The notes under the pieces are model-generated. The model did no database searches. It was not told where the DNA came from and saw only the letters and a program-made list of their open reading frames with translations. Both the position numbers and the translations under genes were made by a program. A DNA stretch of 32,000 bases from Isorropodon fossajaponicum endosymbiont JTNG4 (GTDB lineage Bacteria > Pseudomonadota > Gammaproteobacteria > PS1 > Pseudothioglobaceae). The DNA is taken from contig NZ_AP013043.1 of NCBI RefSeq assembly GCF_016592615.1, positions 630,001-662,000 of the forward strand. Reading direction: 5' to 3'. Shown one piece after another: positions 19,443 through 28,189 of this stretch (positions within the stretch are counted from its first letter, which is position 1; each line of letters opens with the position of its first letter).

Positions 19443-20099
19443 CTTATTTTAAACATTGCTCAACCTTATCTAAACCAACTTAGTGAAGGTAGAACAGATG
19501 AAAAGCTCCATTTCCTATACAGAATTGTTGATTTATTACCCAATCATCCAACCTTTCGCTATCAATTGAGCGAGTTACTATTAATGCTTGAAAAATATGA
19601 CGAGGCTACATTTCAGCTAGATTATCTAGCCACTAATTCACAATGGAAAAAACAATTCAAACGTTTAAAAAATGCCTTAAATTATGCACAGATTTTTACC
19701 CAAGGTGAATTGAGCATTCCAAGCATCAGCACTAATTCTAAATGACACTGTACCATAGGCAGGGATTGTGCTAACTTCTGAATAAGCCTCTTTGATATTT
19801 AGATAACGATTAGCCCAATCTAATGTAGGAGCAGTATCAAAAGAAAATGCAGCAATGAATCTTTTAACCAGGCAGAGAAAATCACTTTAAGTACTGCAAA
19901 TGGCACTATTACAGCCCATAAAATTAATATTAAAGAATTTACAGTGGGTGCAATCACAAAACAAGATTTTCTCATTGCTGTTCTACCACAAGCAAAACTA
20001 CCTTCCAATATTGATGGTTTATTAGGCACTGATTGGCTCCAAGCCTTTTACTTTGTAATTGATAAAAAACAATTATTATTACGCCTTACACCTCATTAA
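19443..20099 (+). pseudogene. Remnant of a TPR-like / retropepsin-like (clan AA) aspartyl protease gene
   Basis: A helical-repeat-like stretch (YQLSELLLMLEKYDEATFQLDYLA) runs to 19745. It is followed by four in-frame stops. The same frame then reads ITLSTANGTITAHKINIKEFTVGA...IDGLLGTDWLQAFYFVIDKKQLLLRL, typical of the C-terminal half of bacterial retropepsin-like domains. No DTG segment is found on this strand. Confidence 0.4.
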
Positions 20100-20214
20100 A
20101 TTCATGATTGCTTAGTTTTTTTTAATCAAAACCTTTCAACACAACTTGCCATTAATGCTAAACTAATTTTAAAATCAATACAAAATTCTATTTCCATATT
20201 AAGGAGAACGCCCA

Positions 20215-20780
20215 ATGAATTCATTGCTCATCACCAAAAGTTTCTCCCGTATTTTATTACTAATAGCAACACTCTTCACCTTATTTAACCACCACTGTTC
20301 ACGCTGTTACCACTGGCTTAGTCCTCAATAAACCCACCACACAATCCTCCACAGGTTGGGGTGGTGTTTCTTCAAGAGCGGTTGATGGCAACACTAGCGG
20401 CAACTATAACCACAAAAGTACCACCAACACCCAAAACCGTCAAGGTGTGTTTGGTGGCGTGTTGATTTACAAAGCGATCAAACCATTAATCAAATCGTTA
20501 TTTACAATCGTACTAATTGTTGTAAAGGCAGCAGATTGACTAACTATCGAGTCAGTGTTGCCACTGATGCTGATTTTAATGCCATCACCTATCAGCAAGA
20601 CTTTCATGCCTATCCTAACCCCGGCACAACAATTGACTTAGGTGACGAAGGCACACAAGGTCGTTATGTTAAAGTCCAACTACTCGATAAAAACTTTCTC
20701 TCTTTAGCAGAAGTTGAGGTCATAGGTAATATAGACAACAAAGGCGAGAAAGGAGGCAAGGGTGATAAAGGTATTCAAAC
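20215..20780 (+). pseudogene. Secreted F-type-lectin-like (FTP / F5-8 type C fold) protein with collagen-like G-X-Y tail; two frameshifts and 3' truncation by IS copy 3
   Basis: AAGGAG SD plus ATG 20215 and a signal-peptide-like N-terminus. The domain reads NKPTTQSS..AVDGNTSGN...WWRVDL...IVIYNRTNCC..RL...GRYVKVQL...LSLAEVEVIG, then GEKGGKGDKGIQ, and is cut at 20780. The middle part (about 20290-20450) is in another frame. Confidence 0.7.
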
Positions 20781-20809
20781 TGCAATGCTCTAACCTACTT
20801 GGACACATT

Positions 20810-21538
20810 TCAAGCCGCTTTTTTCAATTCAGCCATCTTTTGAGCAGGTGTTAAATACCCAATCGCTGAATGAATCCTTTTGTAATTATACAAGTAGATA
20901 TAACCCTCTACATTTTGCACGACTTCACTATGATTTGCAAAACTTTGATAATTTAATCTCTCAGTCTTCAGACTTCTAAAGAAACGCTCCATGACCGCAT
21001 TATCCCAACAATTACCTCGCCTGCTCATGCTTTGAGTAATGTTGTTCTTGTTGCAATAATCAATAAAAACTTTAGAAGAGTATTGAGTCCCTTGATCAGA
21101 GTGGAACATGTGTTTATTTGTATTGGGCTGGTGTCTAGACACAGCATTACTAAGCGCATCCTTTGCCAACTGAGCATTAGGCTGTTTTGACAATGCCCAA
21201 CCAACAACTTGTCTTGAGCCTAAATCCAACACACTGGCTAAATAACTCCCACCTTGATAGGTTTTGATATAGGTAATATCACCAACCCAATGCGTATTAA
21301 TTGATTGCTGCTCAAACACACGATTTAATAGGTTTTTTGCCTTTTTAAACATCAATCTAGTATTAGGGTAATAATGACGCTTTCTTGGGCGTATGGCAAC
21401 TACATTGGCTTTTTTCATTAGCGTTGCAGTTTGGTAAATACCAATGTTATAACCTTGGTTATTCAAAACTACCCGCATTCTGCGTTTGCCATAGGTGTAT
21501 CCAACTTCAATAGCAGTTTGTTTGATTAATTTAATCAT
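20810..21538 (-). CDS. IS3-family transposase OrfB (DDE core), copy 3
   Basis: Protein identical to copies 1 and 2. It lies in the -1 frame relative to orfA ((22014-21538) mod 3 = 2). Confidence 0.85.
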   Translation of the reverse strand: MIKLIKQTAIEVGYTYGKRRMRVVLNNQGYNIGIYQTATLMKKANVVAIRPRKRHYYPNTRLMFKKAKNLLNRVFEQQSINTHWVGDITYIKTYQGGSYLASVLDLGSRQVVGWALSKQPNAQLAKDALSNAVSRHQPNTNKHMFHSDQGTQYSSKVFIDYCNKNNITQSMSRRGNCWDNAVMERFFRSLKTERLNYQSFANHSEVVQNVEGYIYLYNYKRIHSAIGYLTPAQKMAELKKAA

Positions 21539-21663
21539 AGCATTGGTGTTGTTGTTTACTCGCTTATCTTTGACTTGATAGTAATAACTACTGCGAGGAA
21601 GTTTGAGTAATGCTCATAATTCTTTAGTATTGTATTGTTGGCAAGCCTTGTTTATCTTGATAA

Positions 21664-22014
21664 TCATATCACTTGGTGATTGTCCACAGCGAACAAGGCT
21701 GTTGCCTTTTTTAAGATTTCATTGTCCCTTTGTGCGCGCCAAAGTTGTTTCTCAAGCAGTTGTATTGTTTGTTGTTCAGAAGTCAGCGCTTTGCCTGACT
21801 CTGGTGTTTGTCCACCAAGCTCTGCTAGGTATTGTTTTCTCCATCTGCTAACTGCTGAGGAGCAAGCTCCTGATATTATCATGATTTTTTTATTGGTGTA
21901 ATTCTCATGCACCATGAGTTTGGCATAATCTAGTGTTCCCCCCTCAAGGGGGTATTGAACAGAATGTTCAACGGTAAAAGTCACTCGTTGTTTTCTTGAT
22001 TTATATTGTGTCAT
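21664..22014 (-). CDS. IS3-family OrfA (HTH plus leucine-zipper-like region), intact
   Basis: 116 aa from ATG 22014, preceded by AAGGAGG: MTQYKSRKQRVTFTVEHS...SSAVSRWRKQY...LLEKQLWRAQRDNEILKKA. Confidence 0.8.
   Translation of the reverse strand: MTQYKSRKQRVTFTVEHSVQYPLEGGTLDYAKLMVHENYTNKKIMIISGACSSAVSRWRKQYLAELGGQTPESGKALTSEQQTIQLLEKQLWRAQRDNEILKKATALFAVDNHQVI
21706..21712 (-). promoter_or_regulatory. Programmed -1 frameshift heptamer A AAA AAG (copy 3)
   Basis: Plus strand CTTTTTT at 21706-21712. It sits in the orfA zero frame as TTA AAA AAG. Confidence 0.6.
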
Positions 22015-22079
22015 TACTGACCTCCTTATGGTTTGTATTATAAGGCTATCTTTGTGTCCAATAAAATTAGACTATTGCA

Positions 22080-22563
22080 ATCACGGGTACCTATGCCTTT
22101 GGCATATAGGCTTAATATCTGACTATCAAAAGCACCCAATCGGCGTTTGACCTTTTTCAATAATTAAAGGTTCAAAGCTACCTCTGCGGTCTCTTGGGAT
22201 AGCAAGTTCAACTTCACCATGATTGCCTTTGACGGTTTTAGGGTAATAGCCATTACGAGCATTGCTGTCTGTATTAAGCTCGCTGCTATTTTGCCCATAT
22301 TTTGGATAACCAAGATGATGTTCCATCTCAGCACCTAATGCTGCTTCAATGGTCATTTTAACCAGTGAAGCAGCTAGATCTGCTAAATCATCTTGGGTGT
22401 GGATGTCTTTGGCAAGTTCATCAGCAAAAGCACGGAGCTTTTTCTGGTTGATGCCTGTGTTGTTAAGTTGCTTTTTTTTGTTTCTTGGTATTGTGTTACT
22501 CATGTTTTTTCTCCTTTTCGGGGATTATAAAATATGAGGGTTTACACAATCTGGTTTACAGGG
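22080..22563 (-). pseudogene. IS256-family (Mutator-type) transposase, 5' remnant truncated by IS3 copy 3
   Basis: 125-aa ORF with LVKMTIEAALGAEMEHHLGY...NARNGYYPKTV...LAIPRDRRGSFEP. The next block (GAFDSQILSLYAKGIGTRD) is in another frame and is cut at 22080. The upstream leader contains GGGTTTACACAATCTGGTTTACAGGG. Confidence 0.7.
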
Positions 22564-23394
22564 TCAAATAATACCTTGTTGTTTAGCAAAGTAGTTTGTT
22601 GCTTCAACGTAGCCTTGGATGCTACCACAATCAAATCGCTTGCCTTTAAATTTATAAGCAATCACTCGGCCTTGTTTTGCTTGGGTGAGTAGTGCATCGG
22701 TGATTTGAATTTCACCACCTTTGCCAGGTTTGGTTTGTTTAAGGATATTAAAAATATCGGGTGTTAGGATATAACGACCTATGATGACTATATTGGTAGG
22801 TGCATCCTTTGGTGCTGGCTTTTCAATCATATCAGTAACGCGGTACGTGTCATTAGTATTGTCAACTAAGTTACCAGCAATGACACCATACTTATGGGTT
22901 TGATCTATGGGCACTTGTTCAATAGCCACGATTGAGCATTGATATTTGTTGTACACTTGAATCATTTGAGTTAGTACACTATCGTTTTCTGATGTGCACA
23001 AATCATCGGCTAGATGAACAGCAAATGGCTCATTGCCAATTAGCGGTTCGCCAGTGAGAATGGCATGCCCCAATCCCAACATTTGTTTTTGCCTGACATA
23101 AGTAAAAGTGGCTTTGTTGCAAACGGCATTGATTTCTTTTAATAACACTTCTTTTTGCGTGCCTTGAATTTGAGCCTCCAACTCTAAAGCTCGGTCAAAA
23201 TGGTCTTCAATAGCTCGCTTTCCTTTGCCAGTGACGATGGCCATATTGCTCATGCCAGCATCAAGTGCCTCTTCTACGGCATATTGTAATAATGGCTTGG
23301 TTAGAATAGGCAGCATTTCTTTGGGTACTGCTTTCGTGGCAGGTAAGAATCTAGTACCAAAGCCTGCTGCAGGGAAGAGGCATTTTTTAATCAT
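22564..23394 (-). CDS. galU: UTP--glucose-1-phosphate uridylyltransferase
   Basis: 276 aa. N-terminus KCLFPAAGFGTRFLPATKAVPKEMLPI and VEKP-type motif MIEKPAP are characteristic of GalU. Confidence 0.92.
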   Translation of the reverse strand: MIKKCLFPAAGFGTRFLPATKAVPKEMLPILTKPLLQYAVEEALDAGMSNMAIVTGKGKRAIEDHFDRALELEAQIQGTQKEVLLKEINAVCNKATFTYVRQKQMLGLGHAILTGEPLIGNEPFAVHLADDLCTSENDSVLTQMIQVYNKYQCSIVAIEQVPIDQTHKYGVIAGNLVDNTNDTYRVTDMIEKPAPKDAPTNIVIIGRYILTPDIFNILKQTKPGKGGEIQITDALLTQAKQGRVIAYKFKGKRFDCGSIQGYVEATNYFAKQQGII

Positions 23395-23552
23395 AGTTGT
23401 TGTAATTTTTTAATCATAGTTGTTGTAATTTTTTAATCATAGTTGTTGTAATTTTTTAATCATAGTTGTTGTAATTTTTTAATCATAGTTGTTGTAATTT
23501 TTTAATCATAGTTGTTGTAATTTTTTAATCATAGTTGTTGTAATTTTTTAAT
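23382..23552 (-). repeat. Perfect 23-bp tandem repeat, about 7.4 units (coding-strand unit ATGATTAAAAAATTACAACAACT)
   Basis: Plus-strand unit TAATCATAGTTGTTGTAATTTTT starts at 23388, 23411, 23434, 23457, 23480, 23503 and 23526. No mismatches seen. Confidence 0.95.
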
Positions 23553-24764
23553 GAGGATATTTTTGCCAGATTCGACACCGGGCTGATTATAAGTATTAAT
23601 ATTAAGTAAATCCCCAACAAGTGATGTTAGCAACTCGTAGTAATAAATCAGTTGACCAATGCTGAATTCATCTTGCTTTTGCAAGGTAATTTCATCAAGC
23701 GGAATTCTTGTATGTTCTTTTAAGGATTTTATAATAGCGTCAGCTTGCATATTAATCAAGGTTGAAAATTCAACTTGATTAATTAAATCTAATGCTTCTA
23801 ATTTTTCTAAGGTAATGTCGGGTACTTTTTGGTGATTGTCAAAGGTTTTAAGTTTAATAAAGGTGACACTTTTATCTCGAGTCCCTTCAGATAATAATTG
23901 TAAAAAAGAGTGCTGATCTTTAGGTCCAGTTAGGCCAATAGGTGTTAATCCAACATTAAAGGCCGAGTTTTTTTGTTTCTTACCTAAGCTTTCTCCCCAT
24001 AATTGTACATACCAATCATTAAAATATTTAAGTGAATCGGTATAAGAAAACAAGGCATTAATGTTGTAGTTTGAAGAATTACTGGCATAAAAAGTTGCTT
24101 TTTTGAGCAATACATTTTGCATATAGCCTTGATTAAAAAAGCTGTCTTTAATCTTTGCAGCACCCTTTAGCAAACAATCAATTTTTATACCTGTTAATGC
24201 CAATGGGATGATACCTGCACTACTTAGGAGTGAAAATCTGCCACCAATATTTTGTTGGATGTTAACAATTAAGCCACTAACTTTTTGAGCATGTTGTGCT
24301 AGTAGTGAGTTTTGGTCGGTAATAAAAGTAAAGGGAAAATACGAAAGTTGGGCGCTTTTAGTGATTGCAAGAATGTACTTATAAGCCGCAATCGTTTCAA
24401 TGGTTGTGCCTGATTTAGAGATAACAATAAAATGTGTTGAGCCCATGTTTAGACTATTGCAAATATTGGCAATAGTAACAGGGTCGGTGCTATCCATAAA
24501 ATGCAGGTTTCGTTTTAATTGCCTGATGGGTTTAATAAAATGATAAACCGCTTTGGCACCTAAGCTTGACCCGCCAATGCCGATAACAACAACATCACTA
24601 ATGCTGTTTAAATCTTGCCTTTTGTCTAATTGCTTTAAATAATGATGAATATAAGCGGTATCTTGATTAGGTAAATTGTAATAGCCAATCTGTTTTTTTT
24701 CATTGATAATTCGACCTAAAAGACAAGGGTCAAAATCAGAATCAAAGCCTAGTGTGTTAATCAT
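23529..24764 (-). CDS. pgi: Glucose-6-phosphate isomerase (short ~410-aa type)
   Basis: SIS/PGI motifs VVIGIGGSSLGAKA, ISKSGTTIET, NIGGRFS and GPKDQHSFLQLL. Confidence 0.8.
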   Translation of the reverse strand: MINTLGFDSDFDPCLLGRIINEKKQIGYYNLPNQDTAYIHHYLKQLDKRQDLNSISDVVVIGIGGSSLGAKAVYHFIKPIRQLKRNLHFMDSTDPVTIANICNSLNMGSTHFIVISKSGTTIETIAAYKYILAITKSAQLSYFPFTFITDQNSLLAQHAQKVSGLIVNIQQNIGGRFSLLSSAGIIPLALTGIKIDCLLKGAAKIKDSFFNQGYMQNVLLKKATFYASNSSNYNINALFSYTDSLKYFNDWYVQLWGESLGKKQKNSAFNVGLTPIGLTGPKDQHSFLQLLSEGTRDKSVTFIKLKTFDNHQKVPDITLEKLEALDLINQVEFSTLINMQADAIIKSLKEHTRIPLDEITLQKQDEFSIGQLIYYYELLTSLVGDLLNINTYNQPGVESGKNILIKKLQQL

Positions 24765-24773
24765 AATATTATG

Positions 24774-26621
24774 CTATTCTACAGTGACTGATTTAGCCAG
24801 ATTGCGAGGTTTATCAACATCAGTGCCTTTGATTAATGCGACGTGATAGCTGAGTAATTGCAAAGGAATGGTAAAAATAATAGGCGCTGTAATTCTACCA
24901 AGGTTGTGTGTGATTGACATGACGGTCATATTTTTCATCGGAGGCACATTGGACATTTCATCTTCAAAAACAATCATTTGTGAGCCACGAGATTTGACTT
25001 CTTGCAAGTTTGATTTGAGCTTGTCTAATAGTTGGTCATTAGGCGCAATTGCAATAACAGGCGTGTCCTTATCAATCAGAGCAATAGGACCATGTTTAAG
25101 TTCACCTGCTGGAAAAGCTTCCGAATGAATATAGCTAATTTCTTTAAGTTTAAGCGCACCCTCCATGGCAATAGCATGCATTGTACCCCTTCCTAAGAAA
25201 ATGGCATTAAACTTGTCTTTAAAAGATTGTGCGAGTTCAATAATTTGATTTTCTTGTTCGAGTGTTTTTTTAATCAAGCCTGGCAAGCGATTTAGACCAT
25301 ATACAATAGAGGCTTCTTGTTGTCTATCCACTTGTTTATGGCATTTTCCAATGGCAACTGACAACAATGCTAAAGACACTAGTTGTGTGGTAAAGGCTTT
25401 AGTAGAAGCCACACTAATTTCAGGGCCGGCATGGGTTAACAAGGTAAGTTCAGACTCACGTGTTAGGGAAGATTCTGCACAATTGCAAATGGTTAATGTG
25501 TGAATATTCTTGTGACGCTTTTTGATAGATTTTAGCGCCTCTAAAGTATCAGCAGTTTCCCCGCTTTGGGAAATAGTAATCAACAAAGTGTTATCAAGCA
25601 CAATCGGATTACGGTAGCGATACTCACTAGCCACTTCAATATTAGTTGGCATTTTTGCAATGTCTTCAAGCCAGTATTTAGCGACTAAACCTGCGTTATA
25701 ACTAGTGCCACAAGCAATAATTTGAATGTGCTTTGTATTTTTAAAAATAGTTTCAGCATCATGACCAAAGGCAGAAAGCAACACAGTGTCTTTGGTAATG
25801 CGCGATTCTAACGTGTCACGAATTGCTTGCGGTTGTTCAAAAATCTCTTTTTGCATGTAATGTTTATAATCACCTAGCTCAATTTGTTTGCTGTTAAGAT
25901 TTGAAGTTTTAATGGCTCTATTAACTTGTTTGTCATCTTTGTTGTAAATAGTAATTGAGTCAAGCGTAATATCGGCAATATCTCCTTCTTCCAAAAAAAT
26001 AAATTTCTTGGTGATGTCCAGTAAGGCCACCTGATCTGAGGCAATAAAATTACCTTCATTACTAACGCCTATAATGAGTGGTGAGCCACTTCTAGCAACA
26101 ACGATATGTCCTGGATATTCTGATGATATCACCCCTAAACCATAAGCCCCTTCAAAGGTTTTAACAGCTTTTTGAGTGGCTTTAAGTAAATTTTCTGAGG
26201 TTTTCAGAGCTTGATGAATACTATGAACAATCACCTCAGTATCGGTATCTGAAGTAAAAGCATAACCTTGTGCTTTTTGTTTCTGCTTGAGTTTAAGGAA
26301 GTTCTCGATAATGCCATTATGTACAACACTAACCGTGCCAAAACAAATATGAGGGTGTGCATTTTGTGTTGATGGTTCGCCATGGGTTGCCCAGCGAGTG
26401 TGTGCAATGCCAACACTACCTTGTATTTTCAGACTTTGTTTTTGAATGCTAGTTTCAAGGTTAACCACCTTGCCTACTGCGCGCACACGGCTTAGTTTAT
26501 TGTCATTTGACAAAACCACAACACCCGCTGAATCATACCCACGATACTCTAAGCGTTTTAACCCACTAAGTAGAATTGGGGTGATGTTGTCTTTACAGAT
26601 GCCGCCAACGATTCCGCACAT
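24774..26621 (-). CDS. glmS: Glutamine--fructose-6-phosphate aminotransferase
   Basis: 615 aa. N-terminal MCGIVG nucleophile, two SIS domains and the C-terminal KPRNLAKSVTVE. Confidence 0.95.
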   Translation of the reverse strand: MCGIVGGICKDNITPILLSGLKRLEYRGYDSAGVVVLSNDNKLSRVRAVGKVVNLETSIQKQSLKIQGSVGIAHTRWATHGEPSTQNAHPHICFGTVSVVHNGIIENFLKLKQKQKAQGYAFTSDTDTEVIVHSIHQALKTSENLLKATQKAVKTFEGAYGLGVISSEYPGHIVVARSGSPLIIGVSNEGNFIASDQVALLDITKKFIFLEEGDIADITLDSITIYNKDDKQVNRAIKTSNLNSKQIELGDYKHYMQKEIFEQPQAIRDTLESRITKDTVLLSAFGHDAETIFKNTKHIQIIACGTSYNAGLVAKYWLEDIAKMPTNIEVASEYRYRNPIVLDNTLLITISQSGETADTLEALKSIKKRHKNIHTLTICNCAESSLTRESELTLLTHAGPEISVASTKAFTTQLVSLALLSVAIGKCHKQVDRQQEASIVYGLNRLPGLIKKTLEQENQIIELAQSFKDKFNAIFLGRGTMHAIAMEGALKLKEISYIHSEAFPAGELKHGPIALIDKDTPVIAIAPNDQLLDKLKSNLQEVKSRGSQMIVFEDEMSNVPPMKNMTVMSITHNLGRITAPIIFTIPLQLLSYHVALIKGTDVDKPRNLAKSVTVE

Positions 26622-26702
26622 GGTGTTGATTGTGTTAAGTAGTTATGTTTGAGATTATAGCCAATTACGTTTGCAAAACAGATAGATTATAATAAACAAC
26701 TT

Positions 26703-27542
26703 ATGGTCATCGACTTACACAATCACTCGTATTATTCAGACGGGGTTTTATCGCCTACTGAAGTGGTGCGCTTAGCCAAAAAACAAAACTGTGATGTGTT
26801 TGCATTAACAGACCATGATACGATTGATGGACTTGCTGAAGCCAGTCTTGAGGCAAATAAATTAAATTTAGAATTTGTATTTGGTACTGAAATATCAGCC
26901 ATGTGGAACAATATGACGATTCATATTCTTGGGTTAAAGATTAACCCAAATAACAAAGCATTGCAGGCTGGGCTTAAAAAACACCAACAGCTTCGAGAAA
27001 TTCGCAGCGAAAAAATAGCGCGTAGTTTGGGTGGGGCTGGCATTATTGGTGCTATGGAAAAAACCAAAGCACTTTCTAAAACAGGCATGATTACTCGCAT
27101 ACATTTTGCCCAAATGCTGATTCAAGAAGGTATTTGTAAGGACATGAAATCAGTATTCAGACGTTTTTTAGCAGGTAAAAAACCAGGTGGTGTGGGCGTC
27201 AAGTGGGCGCAATTTGATGAGGTGATTGGGTGGATACGCGTTGCAGGTGGCGTGGCAGTGTTGGCACATCCTTTTCGTTATAGAATGGCACATACTAAAG
27301 TTAAACGCATGATGAGTGATTTAGCTGTTAATGGTTGTGGCGGGATTGAAGTGGTAACAGCCACAAGCAGTGCTGATGAAATCAGACTTACCAGTCAATG
27401 GGCGAGTGAACTAGGGTTGTTAGCGTCAAGTGGTTCTGATTATCACGGCTGGTCCAATCAAAGAATACAAATGGGTTGTTTGCAAGATTTGCCTAATTTT
27501 GAACAAGCAATATGGAGAAATTGGACATGGCAAAATTATTAG
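26703..27542 (+). CDS. trpH: PHP-domain phosphoesterase TrpH/YciV family
   Basis: DLHNHSYYSDG...ALTDHDT...SGSDYHG metal-binding motifs. Adjacent to yciO, as in enterobacteria. Confidence 0.8.
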   Translation: MVIDLHNHSYYSDGVLSPTEVVRLAKKQNCDVFALTDHDTIDGLAEASLEANKLNLEFVFGTEISAMWNNMTIHILGLKINPNNKALQAGLKKHQQLREIRSEKIARSLGGAGIIGAMEKTKALSKTGMITRIHFAQMLIQEGICKDMKSVFRRFLAGKKPGGVGVKWAQFDEVIGWIRVAGGVAVLAHPFRYRMAHTKVKRMMSDLAVNGCGGIEVVTATSSADEIRLTSQWASELGLLASSGSDYHGWSNQRIQMGCLQDLPNFEQAIWRNWTWQNY

Positions 27543-28141
27543 AAATTCACTCGCAAAACCCACAGTTGCGCTTGATTGAACAGGTCGTTGATGAGTTGCG
27601 TCGTGGTGCGGTGATTGCCTATCCAACAGATTCTGGCTATGCATTAGGGACAACGTTAGGCAATAAAAACGGGTTAGAGCGTATTAGACGCATTCGTAAT
27701 CTTTCAAAACAACATCACTTTACCTTGATGATGCGTGATTTGGCGCATATCGGTGAATATGCCAAGTTGGACAATACTGCTTTTAGACTGCTCAAGAAAA
27801 TTCTACCTGGTGCATATACATTTATCTTGCAAGGTGCACGCGACATACCCAATCGCTTGTTACATGCTAAGAAAAAAACCATTGGTCTTAGAGTGTCTAA
27901 TCATGGTGTAGTGCAGGCTTTATTGGATGCATTAAATGAGCCAATGATGAGCGTGTCATTAATTATCAAAGATTGTGAGTTTTTTGATATTGATGATGTA
28001 CGCAATGCATTAGAAAAGCATGTAGATGTGATTATTGATGGGGGTTATTGTCCATTAGAGCCAACCACTGTGATTGATTTATCTTCAGGCGGTGCTGATA
28101 TTATTCGCCAAGGTGCAGGAGATATTTCCCTTATTGGATAG
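27527..28141 (+). CDS. yciO: YciO (Sua5/YciO/YrdC family, TsaC paralogue)
   Basis: IAYPTDSGYALG, HHFTLMMRDL, PGAYTFIL, KKKTIGLRV and PTTVIDL are collinear with YciO. Start placed at ATG 27527 (MAKLLEIH). Confidence 0.8.
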   Translation: MAKLLEIHSQNPQLRLIEQVVDELRRGAVIAYPTDSGYALGTTLGNKNGLERIRRIRNLSKQHHFTLMMRDLAHIGEYAKLDNTAFRLLKKILPGAYTFILQGARDIPNRLLHAKKKTIGLRVSNHGVVQALLDALNEPMMSVSLIIKDCEFFDIDDVRNALEKHVDVIIDGGYCPLEPTTVIDLSSGGADIIRQGAGDISLIG

Positions 28142-28189
28142 GCTTTTACGGCGTATAATGCGCACTTTTTATCAAGCACTTTTGGCAAA

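Larger units (their letters stand above)
20781..22079 (-). mobile_element. IS3-family insertion sequence, copy 3 (1299 bp; the only copy with an open orfA)
   Basis: Same termini and gene content. T7 at 21885-21891 (A7 on the coding strand) keeps the 116-aa orfA open. Confidence 0.92.

Noticed and set aside
19820-20029. 69-aa minus-strand ORF
   Set aside because: It is antisense to the retropepsin-like C-terminal remnant, hydrophobic and of low complexity. The potentially meaningful minus-strand reading in this area is in a different frame (see the finding on 19040-20099).
23382-23552. CRISPR array
   Set aside because: The 23-bp units are directly contiguous with no spacers, and they are simply the duplicated pgi/galU junction.
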